Below, piece after piece: positions 21,167 through 36,079 of a stretch of 64,000 nt of DNA. Source of the stretch: Nemertoderma westbladi (Eukaryota > Animalia > Xenacoelomorpha). The position numbers were made by a program, and so were the translations under genes. The stretch is from the NCBI GenBank assembly GCA_032718475.1, contig JAUCBJ010007336.1, positions 1 to 64,000 on the forward strand, read 5' to 3'. How positions within the stretch are numbered: position 1 is the first letter of the stretch; each line of letters opens with the position of its first letter. Under the pieces are notes generated by a model. The model worked only from the letters and a program-made list of their open reading frames with translations. It was not told the DNA's origin and did no database searches.

Positions 21167-22722
21167 TTAGTCTTTCTTGCGCGGACAGCGTTTACCCAGT
21201 TTTTTGAGGCTAGCAAGAGTCCTTTTCTCTTTGGGGAGAGCCACTTTACTAGGAGGGCTATAACTCCTGGGTGAAGGGTGCAATACAATTGCATCAGAAG
21301 GTTTAGGATTACGGTCGGTGTATCCGCCGGTCGAGGTACCTGGTTGATCGATATCAACTTCAGTGGAACGAGGTCGAACAACCTGGAGAGCGCATTTTAA
21401 GACAGCAGCTCTTATTGGTCCCTGACGGGTCGTTTGCACGAAAGCGGTAGGTGGACCGTGTGTAGTAAGAAATTTCCTCGGTTTGATGATTCTTTTCAAC
21501 TCGCGTTCTCGGGCTCTATCGGAATCGATACGCTTCTCCTCGAGCTGATTTTCCTCCGCTTGTCATTGAAAGCATTCGTCCAAAACTCTTGCAGAAAGTA
21601 GAGTCGTCCAAGTTCGATATCTTCTTAGAGATTCCGGATTTCCTGATCGAACTGAGATAAAGCTAATTTGTTTACCGCTTGGACTTGCTGCTGCAATTTA
21701 CATTTCTCTAAACAATTATAGGTTCCTTTTCCGATCTTTTGACGAATAGTGTCCAATGCGTTTCGTACAACTCTCTCCTCCGCCTCGGTGACAGGTTGTA
21801 TCGGGTTAAACCGGGACGATGAAAGACAAAATTTTAAAAAAAAAAGTTAAAAAAGTTAAATGGCGATATTAGATGTCCGTGTCTCAATCCGGCTAGGTAA
21901 GATGGGCGAATATCTAGGGAGCCCACAACCGGAGTGCCACCGACTAACCGTTCGGGTAACACTAGATCTTTGAACAGTGAGTACAGTTCGGGAGGATCCG
22001 TGATACTATTAGGATCAAGAGTCTGAGGTCTAACTAGGGAATGAGGAGGTCTGACCGAGTATTCCGGAACTCTGATCATAGGTTTATTTAAGGATCGTTT
22101 GAATCGAACGAGCGTAGGTGATACATCGAACAAGTTTCTCTCGAAACTCCCGTAAATATAGCGAGTAAAACCGTGTTTAAAGCAACGTCTCCGTGGATGT
22201 TTATGTCTTTCCGTTTGTTGGTTGGGTCTTGGGCATTCATCGCAATAATACCAAAGACGCACGTCTTGTAGGAGAAACGCAGGTGATATTTATTCGGTTT
22301 AACAATGTTTCTCTCAAGAATTCCAAATATACGTTGGAGTTACCGCGTTTATCAGGTTCTTTAACGTCTTCTCTTTCAAGTCGATTTCGAATAGGATTTT
22401 CGCATTCCCGCTGGGTAGGATATTTAAATAGTACCATTTCCCTTTCGGTGTCGACATCGTTCGTATCGTGTAAATCGATAGGATGACCAGTAGTTAAGAA
22501 GTCCATATGCGTACCATTACGATGCGTATAGCGAGCGGTGAATTTTCGATAGTCCAATTCACGCGTAAGTTGCTCCTGGGACATCGGCGGTTCGATATAA
22601 CGACCATCGTCCTCCGTAGTAGTTGGACTAGCGTCGCTGCGTATCAAGCTATCAACAAACGCTTGCAACGGTAGAGTATATTTCTCCCTGATACCAAGAT
22701 CATCTTCTATCAACTCAGTCAT
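21167..22722 (-). pseudogene. Accessory ORF region of copy B, broken into in-series fragments
   Basis: Fragments at 22237-22722, 21834-22262, ~21520-21830 and 21167-21499. The ends match copy A's accessory ORFs; the middle (~21520-22370) has no visible match in A. Confidence 0.7.
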
Positions 22723-24423
22723 AGCTGCTATATGAGTTTATCAATATTATAATTAGTTATAATTAGGCTAGCGGGCGTCACTGCCTACCCCTCTTGGCCC
22801 CCGGACAGCGCAAGATCCTCAGCGCTGGTGTACTTTCGCCGATGTGCCTATCACCAACATAGTAGCTGCACAACGACCACAACAACCAGCGCGAGTCACT
22901 CCACCGTCCGTCCCAAAGGCTTAGATTTACTTCAGGTTCTTACTGGAGAGTTAGGGCTACTTTCACAATTGCGACTCGCTACTGTAAACACACTATAGTA
23001 GTAACATTCACCTATAAACGCACAAATTCCACACAACTGTCACAAACCGCACACATTCGGGCCATTTGTCCGTTAGTCAAGTGCCTTCCAGAATGCCACG
23101 TTATTATTATGTATCCTGGGATACTAGCAGTGTGCTATTATTCCTTATGCTATTCAATGGGGCACGCTTTATTGTTCTTTTAACTCACTTCTAATTCTAG
23201 CGTGGTTGTTGCCATGGTGACATTATGGAAAGCTAGCGGTAGAATTAGGGTAATTCCCATGCATACAGATCTGGGATGCTATTTAATAGTAATGCTTTAA
23301 TTGTCAATATCTCCCTTATACATGATTTTATGAATTTTATCGGCTATTGACTATATATTGGAGATTCTCGCACACTAATACACTTAATAGGGTGAATCTC
23401 CGCTCCCATGATCTATTAATTAATGGAATTTTGGGAATGTTATAAATTGTATAAAAATGACAATTTATTAAATTCATTAAAATATGAATTTAAATTTATT
23501 CCCGTAAATTTTATTATTTAATATTAAATAGACACAATTTTATTCCAGAGCATGTCTGGGGACTAGGATCCTGAATTCTAGGAAATTTGTCCTTTTAAGA
23601 GTATCGGTAAGTGCTACGATATCTTAATAGACTAGAATTTTAAAGGATCTAAAATTTTACAGATTTTAATTTATAGATTTTCTAGAGTTAACTTGTAAGT
23701 AGTTACTCTATTGTATTTATTTGACAGATTTTATAAATATTAATAGTTAATATTTAAGATGGGCACCGGTTTATTCCAGAACATGTCTGGGGACGCTAAC
23801 CACTGATTCTAGAATTTTGTCTTTCAAGTATATCGGTTGGTGCCGCGATATCTTAATCGACTAGAATTACAGATGGTCAAAGGGATTAACAGATTTATTT
23901 TGCGTTTTACGCTACTGTTAAAGGGACATCACGCTACTATATGTATTATTTAATATACGGTATGAGAGCAATATCGCAAGAAGCAATGTCAGTGAGAAGA
24001 GGCAAGTCGTTTCCAAGGTCTACCCAGAGCTTGGTTTAGCCGAGACACGAGGATCTGAATTTTGCATTCCTAATACTCTACTTACCAATAATACTTGAAT
24101 ATAGTAGGAGCTTTATTGTACTTTAATAAGTACGGATATTTCATCTTACTGTAGTCACGTATTTATAATGTAATACGGACAGTAAGGAAAGAGAAAAAGA
24201 ATTATTTCTCGCAGTCGCACTAAATATATAATATATAAGTAATTAAGTAATAAACGCGAATATATATATGGCACTAATCTACTAAATAATCACTAAAATA
24301 ACATTCTACTAAATAAAATTAAAGAAAACGATTATAATAAAATTACATAATAATACATACATAAATATAAAATAATAAGAACAAATATAAAATAATATAG
24401 TCACTCACCCACTCCAGACGCTG

Positions 24424-27400
24424 TTACGTTGGGGAGTCCCTAGATGTTTGTTGGATTAGGGAGGTGGTCGTGGGAAGAGTATCTTGCCTTCCATAGTTTC
24501 CGGAGAGTTCTCTGTCTCTTTCCAGTAAACATAAACGACCAACTGGGCGATTGAGCTGCTGTGTCTCAAAGACAATTCCCAGTTTCTTAAAGTTACGTCG
24601 CATGACGACGAGTTCTACCGATCGCACCAAACCATCATCCGAGATATGAGTCTCGATGATACGACCTGTCTGCCACCGCTTACGTGGAAGATCTGAATCC
24701 ACAATAAGGACCTTGTCTCCGGCGCTGACGTTTTCTTGCTGCGCGAAACCACTTAGTTCGAAGTTGTAACGTGGGCAGATAATGTTTTTCGAAATGGTCA
24801 GCGAAACAATGGGATAACAACTGCATAAGTTGCCAAGTTTGCCGGCAGTATTCGTCTCCGTCCGTGATTTCTGATCGTGGGAGCATGGCTACAGGTTTCT
24901 TCAGTAGGAAGTGCGCGGGTGTTAGCGCTTCCAGGGAATCGGGACTCGATGAGACTGGCATAAGCGGTCTCTCGTTGAGATAGGCGGCGATTTCCTCCAT
25001 TAACGTCCGCAAAAGTTCGTCGGTGAGATACGCGCGGCACGGCACTATAAAGTGGAATGCTGTCTTCACGCTTCTGATTAATCTCTCCCAACTTCCTCCC
25101 CACCAAGGGGCGTCGGCGGCGTTGAATGTCCAGCTAGACGCTGTTACCCTTAGCTGATCGTCCACCTGTCTTTGGTTCCAATCTTTGACGTAAGCCTTGA
25201 TTTCATTGTTGGCACCAATGAAGTTCGTTCCCTTATCAGATCTCATCGTGTTACTAGTTCCAAAGCGAGCGATCTGTCGGCGTAAGCTCAATATGAAGCT
25301 ATTGGTAGATAAATCGTTCACCATATCGAGATGGATAGCTCTACAAGTCATACAGACAAAGATGACACACCATCTCTTGACTATAGTCCTAGCACGATAT
25401 ACTTCAATAGGGCCAAATAAATCCACACCGGTATTAGTAAAGGGTGGTTCATAGAAGCTTACTCGTTCCCTAGGTAATTCTGCCTCTCGCTGTGTTAAAG
25501 GCCTACTGAATGCTTTCCTACAGGGTATGCAGTTCCTAAGAACTTGGTTCAGAGCTCTACGGGGTTTATAAAAATAATAGCGAGTTCGAATTTCGCTAAG
25601 AACTCGTTCTCTACCAGCATGATAAAGCTTACTGTGAACATCTACAATCATCTTGATTTGTATTTCAAGATTTCTAATGAGTATGGGAAACTTAGTGTCA
25701 AAGGATAATGGCGCATTAGTTAATCTTCCTCCAACACGTATTAACTCATCTATCATTGTGCTAGAGAAACGATCCCTTAAGCGCATCTGTGGATTTCTCA
25801 ACAACAGGAGATACTTATCGGAATCCTCATAGCATTGCAGGAGTCTCAGTATCTGCTTATTGGTTTCTTCATGCTCCTGGTAACTGATCTTCTCCTTCAG
25901 AAACCTGTCGGATATCTTGTATTTGGGAAGATCTTTAACAACATGGACCTGCGCAGATGTCAGTGGAGCGGTATCACTAGTGGTCTTCGTCCTGGAGTAG
26001 TGATGATGAAAACATCGCTTTAAATATGTAACGGCCTTACAGAGCCGATTCCAGGAACTATAGTGATGTATCGCTCTCTGCAGGAGAGGTGAGAGTCCTT
26101 GCGAGACGTCTGGTATTCCAGATTTCCAATCTCTCTCCCTGATTTCCACAACAGACTTATTTGTGGCTGTGGGTTTCGGATCCAAAGCGTCGTCTCCGGA
26201 AGTGTGTAGTACAGACAGATCTACCACGGGTTTAAATAACTTCGATTTACTCGCCCGAGTTTTAGGTTTGGCTTTCTCCGCTCCCTTGGCCTGTCTAATC
26301 TCCGCCGTAGTAAGATGAGGAGGCCATTCATCCTCTTCTTTGCTTAGGAAGTCGGGTCCACCTAACCAGTCTGGAGTATCTATCAGTTCTTGTGGAGTTG
26401 CTCCCCTGGAGGCAATGTCGGCTGGATTAATCGTTCTGGGGCAATGTCTCCATTGATCTATCTTCGTGCGACTAAGTATAATGGCTACTCTGTTGGTAAC
26501 AAAGACGCTGAACTGACAGACTTCATTGGTGATATACTCCAACACGAGTAAAGCATCGGTCCAATAGACAGTTTTCTCCAGTGGATAATCGATCTGTTCT
26601 GTTACATTCCGGCCGATAGCTGTAGCGTATAGAGCCGCTTTTAACTCCGCTCGAGGAACTTTCAACTTGTTGTTTATCAAGGCCTTAGAGGTAACCAAGG
26701 CGACCTTGATTCCATCCGGAGTTTCAACCCTCAGGTAGGCTACTATACCTATTCCCATATCGCTGGCATCCCCAAATACATGGAGTTGATAGGAATACGT
26801 GGGGAGAACGTGACCAAAATATGAACGGGAAATTATAAAGTTCTCGATTGATGGTAGAGAATCTTCCCATTTCATCCACTTCTTTAATAGTTCTCCCTTA
26901 AGTGGATTGTCCCATGAGTGGTTTTCAAGACACATTTGTTGTACTAAACTCCGAGCAATCAATATAACTGGGCTAATAAATCCCAATGGATCGAAATAAG
27001 TGCTCAGGATAATTAGACAAATCCATTTAGTCCGAACTGGATTATCTCGCTTTTTTAGCTGGAAAAACAGGATATCTCTCTCTGTGTCCCATTTCAAACC
27101 AAGTGTCTTGGTTTCTGGAAGATCGTCTTTGATTAGGTCTAGATCTTTAACTCCTCGGTCTTCTACTGGGATCGATTCCAGAAACTCACGGGAGTTGCTG
27201 GTGAATTTAGTTAATCGAAATCCACTTCTTTTCAAGCACTCTACCGTTCCTTTGGCGACATCAATGGCTTCTTCCACCGATGGGAGGGACTTTAAATTGT
27301 CGTCCATGTATATATCCGGTTTGATGTTGTCGATCACCTCTTTAGAGAAGGCGTCCCGGTTGTCATCAGCAGTGGTGCGCACTACTGAGCAGGAGTTTGA

Positions 27401-30400
27401 AGGGCTCGAGATGATCCCAAAAGCCCGGATGGTCATCCAGTACTCCACCGGTTTCTGGTTGAGGTCTCCCTCAGGCCACCACAGAAATCGTAGGCTGTCT
27501 CGATCCCTATCCAGCGCCTTAACTTGTAAGAACATGCCTTCTATATCTGAGGCAAAAGCGATTGAGTATTGTCATAATCTTAAGAGTATTCCCAACAAGG
27601 ATTGGAGTAAGTTGGGTCCTGGCAACAACTCAGAATTGAGGGATTGGCCCATGTAGAGGGCGGAGCCGTCAAATACTACCCGGACTTTGTTGGGTTTACC
27701 GGGTTTGGGAACGTAATGGTGTGTTAGATAGTACGTTCTCTCAGTTATGGGTGTTTCTTCCGGTACTCGCTCCGCATATCCCTTGTCAATAAATTTCTTC
27801 AACTGAGTCTTGTACATTTCCTTAGCTGAAGCATTTGCCGTAAAGCGTCGATGTAGTTGCGCAATTCTTTTCTCCGCCAAGGGTCAGTTGTTTATAAATA
27901 TAGGATCTCGCTTTCGAAATGGCAGACCGATTTCATATCTACCTTGATCTTTAAGAAAATGTGTAGTTGTTTCCTGTATCTGCTTGGCTCTTTCTTCTTC
28001 TACCGATAGGGCCTTATCGTAGGAATTGGGCTCTACAGCCTCTTGAGTAAAGAATCGTATGGCGTGTTCATCCCGAGTCTTCGCGTTGTAGCGATCTATC
28101 ACGTCATTCAGTTCGTCGTTACAGTCGACTGGTCCTGATGGACGAATGAGTTGACATAAGTTCACTTGGTTTTGCCAAGTTTCGTTTTCCGTAAGAAGGT
28201 CGATGGTATTCTCCTCGTCGAAGAGTTGGTGGATATCGTCATTATCTGAGGAGTATGGTGTTCCCTCAGTTGGGTCATCTACCTCACTGCTCTCCGCTTC
28301 CCATTCACTTACTTGGTATACCCGTTCTTTTGGTAACCTTTCCATGAGTGTTCTACGGGAAGAGCCAGTAAAGTACCAACCTACTCTAGTTCTTCCCGCA
28401 TAGGTTTGTAGTGGTTGCGGTTGAGCAGGCCATTTCTCCAATGTCTCAAGCGCCTCATGCGCATTTTGGCCGATGAGTATTTGCACTCCAGGGTAGTCTG
28501 TGTTGAATCTAGGTATCTTAAGCTGCTGGGTGAAATCGTCCTCATCCCAGTTATAAGGTTCCACTTGGCTGGTAGCGAAGTTCTTTATCGCCACCATTTT
28601 TACTGACCTTATACTGTGTTCTCCTAGTTCATCCTGGGGGGTGGACAACGCACCTACATAGTAATCTGCAATTACGGTAGATTTCCAAACCTGCATAATT
28701 CCTGACATGTTTAACTTAGTTCGGAACTTGGGTTGTCCATCAAAGATGTCTTCGGCTAGTTCTTTGTCGATGAATGTTCCTGTGCTGCCGGAGTCAAGGA
28801 GGGCATTCACTATATAACTCTTTTTAGGCCTGTGGACTCTCAACTGCACTACGGGAAATTCTCGGATTCCTACATTGGAAGTTGGTGCTTTCCAAGATGG
28901 TTGTCGGTCAGGAGGAGTTGGGGGGAGCTCACTATCGGTTTCTTTTTCATACGTAAGTGCTGGTCCGGAATAGTCAGTCGAGGATCTTCCTCGCTTGTTT
29001 CAGTCTCATACGTAAGTGGTCGATACACTGCGGTGTTTATCATATAACAGGATTCGTTTTCGTCGGAGAATTCATCCGTATAGAATCCTTCCATCTCAGA
29101 ACTTTGGTCCGTGTCGTTCACATCACTGAATTGGACATGTAGTTCGGGCTCACTTACCTGACTCGGGCTGTTTCTTTCGAATTCAGTGTGCAACAAGATA
29201 TGATGTTTCGCGCCGCACTTTGCACACCTTGCGTCGGAGTAACAGGTTCGCCGTTGGTGTCCTTGTCTGAGGCAATTATAACACAACCGCTTATCCCACA
29301 TGACTTCACGTCTATCTTGTAGTGATTTCTTTAAAAATTTATCACACACACTTAAACGGTGGGGCCCGTCGCACAGCGCACATTTTGGTTTGATGTTACT
29401 CACCTTACCTTGGGTAACGTTGTGCACTCTCGTTCTTTCCTCGGGCTTTCTTCCATGAACTCTATTAGGAGACGTAGGAGGAGTTTTTGTTACCTGTTCT
29501 CTCCTGTCATTGGTTCGAGACTTAAATTTACTTACGTCTTTAGACGCTTTGTTGACATAGTAAAATCTTTCAGTGTCTTTCCCGCTGTCCTCTTCTTGAG
29601 AAGCCTGGCTTTCGCCATCGTCTGTATAACACACTGGTGTTACCTTTCTCCTAGAAACGGGTTTTTCACTTACCTTATTTTCCGGTGTCTTCTCTCTGGA
29701 CTGCTTTAGGAGCTGTAACTTTACCTCTCCATCTAAGAATGACATGAGATCAGCCATGGTAGGGTCTCTTCGTTGTTGTTCCATCATATATAAGACTTTC
29801 TTGTCCCAGCGTGTACCTACTCCACCCTTTGGTAAAGTAGAGGCCACGGCTCCAATAACCATAGAACTCTGATATTCATGAGACTTACCTAGCCAATCTA
29901 ATTGTCTACAGATCTCCTGAATCTCATCGGAAAACTCTATAATCCCGCTGCTAATGAACTTTCGGGGCGCTACCAATTTTGCATACAAATACCTAGCTAT
30001 GTTATTCCTATTACCATACCTGATGTTTAGTGTATCCCAAACTTGTCTTAATCCATCTGGATGTCCAATAAACTTTAACGCCATTAACTTGGGAGATCCT
30101 TCCAAGCACTCGATGAGGAATCTAAGTTTCTCTCCGTTAGATAGCACAGAGTTCTGTATGTTATCTTTGTAATATTCATTAAAAGGTAACCATTTCATCT
30201 CATCTCCATTGAACTTGACGATCTCTCCCACCTTTACCGCTTGACGGGCTTCGGTTCTAGCCATTTGACGCGTAAAACTTTGTTGGGCCATCGTGTTATT
30301 TAATATCGAGTTATCGGTATATAAATTTCTCGGATTATCATCAGGTCTATATGGAATATCATTGTCAACAGGTTTATAATTACCCTTAATAGGGTTTACT

Positions 30401-32493
30401 ATAGGAGTTTCTACTTCACTAGCAGTATAGATGCGTGTAGGCTTCACACCTTGCGCATGAAATACTTCAGACCTAACAGGTTGACACATTGTTACAGGGG
30501 GTGGTGGTATACCCTTTTGTATATTTACTAATTTATCGCGTTCTAACGCGATATTCTGCTGCACTTCTTGCAACTCTAACCTACTTTCCCTTACTGTTCC
30601 CTTGAATTGGTGAACAGTCTCCTGCATCTGCCCGAGCAGGAGATCCATCCCCCGCCGTCTCTCATCCACCCACTCGACCGCCGAAGCGGGAGCCGCCAAC
30701 ATAGTAGCGGGTAGACGAGGGACAATGGGCGACAAATCATTGATATTTCGCTCGGAGTCCAGGACAGGAACTGTCTCAGGGGCGGTTCTGTTGGGCACAG
30801 GTAGTTTAGTGCTGTGCAAAGGGAATTTAGAGGTAGGTTCTGGGAGTACAGGTGTCTCTATCGCCGAAGGAGTGGCTTCGAGAACAGGCCTAATTATCTC
30901 AGGCTCATCTACTATAGTAGGGAGTCTTTCTATTCTAATAATTTGGTCTGTGGGTTCTGTACTACCTAAGTCTGTGCTAGCTAGTTGCCTTCTCACAGCT
31001 GGGGGCAAATTAGGCAATTTCTGACGGTGGGGCGTTCTTCTACGCCTACTTAGACGAGATCTATTTCCTCCGCCTTCAGGATCGGTGGTATCGCCTTCAT
31101 CAGATGATGTAAATCCCTGTCTTTTGGGAGTAGATTGACTCATCATCTGCATTTGACTAGCTGTTAACTGTTTATTTATGTAGTCTTGCTTCTCTTGAAG
31201 ATTTTCCAACTCTAGTTGGGTGGTCTCTTCAGACGCCCTCCGTTCTGCTTCTGCCACTGCCTTTCTTTCCGCTTCTGCCGCTTTTCTTTCCACTTCGGCC
31301 GCTTTTCTTTCCGCTTCTGCTTCTGCCGCTGCCGCTGCCACTGCCGCTGTCTTTCTGTCTTCTATACGTTTTTTCTTTACTTGTTCTTCTTGGACCCTAG
31401 CGATGCGGAGTCTTTCGTCAAATTTAGCTTGGTTCCCAGCTAACATTTCCACATCTATTGCGTCCAACACAAGCTTGGCTCCTTCACTATTAGGGCGAAG
31501 TCCAGACAGCCGTCTCCTCAACTCTTCATCACCTAGAAATCGTTGATAGTCTGACAGATAGATGTCAATAGCGTCCCTCTGCTGCGGTTTCTCCGCTGTC
31601 GCTTCGCTTTCCACTTGAGAAAAGGTAGCGTCTGTTGATTCTCCATGGGTTGAGCGCTCAGCCAGCTGAAATTTCCACTGGGCCGTTCCTTGAACCTTGA
31701 GACTCACCCGCTTTAACCAAGTCTTTATGGCAACTTGCAACGACGTGTCTTGTCTTCTTTTCGAAGCTTCCTCAAAGGCCGATAGGATTAGTCTGATTCT
31801 TAGAATTCTTTCTCTAACTTGATAAAGCAGCTCTCCCTGCTCTTGAGGTCCTTGGGGTTGTCGAAACAGTTGTTCCTCTAATCGCTCCAAAGAGCTGAAG
31901 AATCCTGGATCACTAGTATCCTTTGTCACTCCCATCCTGTGTATGTCTTCCCAGGCAGCCTCCGATAAGTCAAACGGGAGTCCGGGTCCGGGGAAGTTCC
32001 ATTGCGACTCGACAATAGACTTCAGTTCCTCCCTTGTGTATCCCGCATAACTATCCTTGGTCGATCACTTACTTCTCGCCCAATCAATTTGGTGATCCTC
32101 CACCACAATAAATACCCTAGTGAGTACGGCTGCAGGAAGGATGAGAAGGGGATCCGAATAAACCGCATCTGCCATCTTTGCTCCGCGCTCGGGTGTCAGC
32201 TCTACAGTATCCGAACTACTGGAGCTGTCAGGCCGCTGAGAAATAAGTTCTCGGCTCGAGTGTTGCTGCTGTTTAACAGCTGCTTCTTGGTCCCGCTTGA
32301 CTTGAGCCCGAGTGCCTATGATAAACCTACGGTGTTGGACTAGCCTAGGGTCTGATACTACTACTGGAGGGATGATCTTTCTTACAGTAGGAGGTGAGTT
32401 GAACTTCGGTCTCACACGTTCCACACTCCTATCTGGGTCACAGATGGTTGTATCTAGGAGACTGTCTGACAGGTTCTGCTTTGTGTCAGACAT
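24424..32493 (-). pseudogene. gag-pol of copy B
   Basis: Same motifs as copy A plus the DUF1759-like Gag core (KFNGDEMKWLPF...KLRFLIECL). In-frame TGA at 27884 and 27572; frameshifts near 32240, 28950 (local duplication) and 24745. Confidence 0.92.
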
Positions 32494-34912
32494 GTTTGTT
32501 TGTACAGTTGAATGCCTACTGCTATATTACAATTAAAGCAAGTCTAGTAATTCAGTATCAACTGTTAGCCTAGTAATTAATTACCGATATCGTTACTCAG
32601 TGTAACGTGATATATATACAATATATTAGAATACCGGTATACACTTATAGTATATATATAAGTATTATTACGGATTAGGTTTGTCACAGAATACCGGTAT
32701 ATAATTTCAGCGCAAATATATATATATAAATATATAATAAGCCTATCGTGAATACCGGTATACAGCTTACACTTATAGTATATAAGTATAATTATAGACT
32801 AGAATTAATTACAGAATACCTGTATATATTTTCAGCCTAAATTTATAGAAATAAATATAATAAGCCTATCGTGAATACCGGTATACATCTTACTCTTATA
32901 GTATATAAGTATAATTATAAACTAGAATTAATTACAGAATACCGGTATATAATTTCAGCTCAAATTTATAGAAATAAATATAATAAGCCTATTATAAATA
33001 CCGGTATGTCAATTATTTTTTAGAATAATTGAATTTCTGAATTTTAGGTGTTACTTGGTTACTTTACTTTACTTTATTACCGTTATTTAAGCAGTAGTCC
33101 AACTGATATTAAGGCCTAATTGATGTATGACAGGCCTACTGTTTTATAAATCGGTTTAAGTTGATTTATAATATATATACCCGTTTAATGGGTTTTTGTC
33201 AATGTTTGAAATAAATGTTATTATTTCTGGGAAGGAGTCACTACACAGAAGCTGTACGCTCTCAGTGAAGTGCTACTTGTTGTTTTGGACACTAAAACAA
33301 ATAATTCTAATTTGCCTAAGTTACTTATTACTACAAATTATGTACAATACGGGTGAGATTACAATCTCTAAATAAACACAAAAATTACACGTACGAATTT
33401 TTAGGGTTAATTTTACAAGAAGTCTACAAACCAGCCTAACAAGGGGTTAGAATTTCTGGTTATTACAACGGACAGGATACTACGGTATTTGAAAGCAATA
33501 AAGCAGTAGTAAATATACTGCGTTGTCCAGATAGGAAAAATACCACCGTCTGACGACTTATAGCCGTAGCGCTATAAGTACTACATTATGTACACGGAGT
33601 GTTCCTACCTAGAAGTTAATTACCGCGGCCTACCAGAGCCAACGTGCCTATTAACCACTTTACAACACAAATATACTGCCTACACACTAATTACCTTCGG
33701 AAAGCACTGTACACTAAACCCTAAATTAGGTACAAGTACTTATACAACAAATAACCAGCAGTTAAAAATACTTGTACAGCTAAAAGAACCACGGTTTCTG
33801 CCAGAGTGACCAAAGCATAAAATCTCCAGTCTTTACCTACACCAAACAGCCCTGATGTAGTACCGGGGTTAATTTAACTATAACGGTATGTATAACAAGC
33901 ACAATTACTGTAGGAATAAACTTGGGGTTGTGAATGTTGCGAATAATCGCATAAACTCTGAATAATAAATATTACGCTACCCGTACAGACTACACAAACA
34001 AAATACAAACCAAATGCTGGCAGACTACTATCAAGCCTAAATAAACTGCAGTATATGCAGACTCCGAAATGGTTAGTTAGTATGCGTTCTAACCGAGTAG
34101 TACGACTTATTCTTTCAGGGGGGGATTTACCTTACAGCACTGGAAGCCCCCACGTTCCTAACTAGTACTTTATCGGACATACACTCTACACACACGGCAA
34201 TCTCTTCAGACTTAACAACAGTCAGACAACAATCCAGCCTACAAATTACTGTACAATCTGAGCAGGCTTACACGCCCTCTGCTCAATATTAACTTACAAA
34301 TAAATAAAACTGACAGAAATAGGCCTAAGTAAAATCCCAATAAAAACCAGGCGTCCCCGATTAAATATTAAGACCTACCGGTATATAATTATCAAAATCG
34401 AATAATACTGCTGTACCTGTACTGCTGTAAGTACCAGTTCGGGTAGTTAGGCAGTCAGGCCTACTGGTTACCGGTCGACCGGTACTTTAAACTGTATTTA
34501 TTGCCTACACTGCAATCAGAACTTATAACTGTTATTGTTCGTGCTTTTAGACCTTTAGCAGTTTAACCTGCCAAATTTAGGTGTATTCTAGGTTATAAAT
34601 CGACTTTAGCCTATGACAAGTATTTGATACACTATATTAGCCGAAGCCAGCCTATGCGCGACCATTCACCCACTGGATTTACCCGGGAGACTGGATTCGG
34701 ATGCTCTGACCTTATTGCGGTGTAGGCCTACTGTATTATTCGATTGATCATTAATATATAATTTCTGACAAATATTATTCACTTTCGGGAAATATCAACA
34801 GTTCCTTTAGGACGTGGCGCTCTAAGTATGTAAACAGAGTTATGACTTACACTAAACACAACAGGATGGCTAATGATTCACGTATAAAGCGCATTCTTTA
34901 GGAGATGCTTTG

Positions 34913-35731
34913 TTATCTATCACACTCATGCACACTACCGCACAATGCTGCACACCGATCTGCCGACCTTCACTAATTTTAATCATATATAAGGAGAACA
35001 GCAACCGACACATGTAGGGCCTATGAAATAGCATTCAATTCACTCCAAAACCACTATAATGTAAGTCGCAATTGCTCTATGTAACCGGTCTCTCTAACCT
35101 TCAGTATATCAAGAAGATTGGGGTTTTCTGATTATTTATCGTTATTCTCCAAATATAACAATATTCCATCAACTGATACAATTAATAACCGACAGTAAAT
35201 AGCAGTAAAACAATGTGGTGAAAGGTATGTATAGCATTTGAGTCTGACCAGTTCGGTTTGTGATATGAGGTGCGATATAGTTTGATAACAGTTATACGTT
35301 TCTATGATCAAAGCCGTTCTAATGTTTGGCTAAAGTCTGAAACACAGAATAATTCCACAGCCAATGTTCTGGCATCAGGAAAAAAGGTAAACATAAACCA
35401 TAATGCATTGCGCGATTTCCCGGAGGTTTCTGTACAAATAAAATGAAAATCGCTCTGATTGGTCGACCGAACAAAGAACAAAGAAAAAGTTACACGTGGA
35501 CATATCAGCTGATAGATGTCGTCATCTGAACTTACACTGTATCAAGAGTATTTGGCGTATTGCGACATAAAATCGCTAGTTATGTCCGCTAAAGTACACA
35601 TACAGAAGAAATGGCTGTTTATGTCCACTAAAACACCGGTACAGTAAGGAAACGGCTTTTTATGTCCGCTAAAACACCTACAGAGTACTTTGCGGGAAAA
35701 ATAACCAGCTAATTCCGCAAAAGCCTTTACA
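34913..35731 (-). repeat. 5' LTR of copy B (inner boundary approximate)
   Basis: Homologous to copy A LTRs but visibly more diverged; ends ...GCCTTTACA at 35731. Confidence 0.85.
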
Positions 35732-36079
35732 ATATAGATACATTCAAGCTGCAGTATACAGTAAGATACATATTCACTTTAAAATTGGGCACGTTGAACA
35801 CATGGTAAAACGGCCTTAACAAATGAAAGTTATAAAATAGCCACCCATCCTACGGAATATATATATAAATAACAAAGAATAAAATAGTAAGTTTGTGTAC
35901 CAAATACGAGTTAAGAAAATGCGTTAATTTCGACCATTGTGTTTTTCCAACTGAAGAATACCAGAACCAGGTTTTCTTGTTAAAACCTGGTAGCCTATTC
36001 TTCCCATTAATGCAGACAGAATTGGGTTACAAATCAACATCAGAAAGCAATTTTTTAACTAACTAATATTAGTTAAAGC

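Larger units (their letters stand above)
21125..35731 (-). mobile_element. BEL/Pao LTR retrotransposon, copy B (3' LTR and PPT missing; multiple stops and frameshifts)
   Basis: Colinear with copy A from the LTR start (TGTAAAGG at 35731) to ~40 bp past the accessory ORF stop. Confidence 0.95.
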
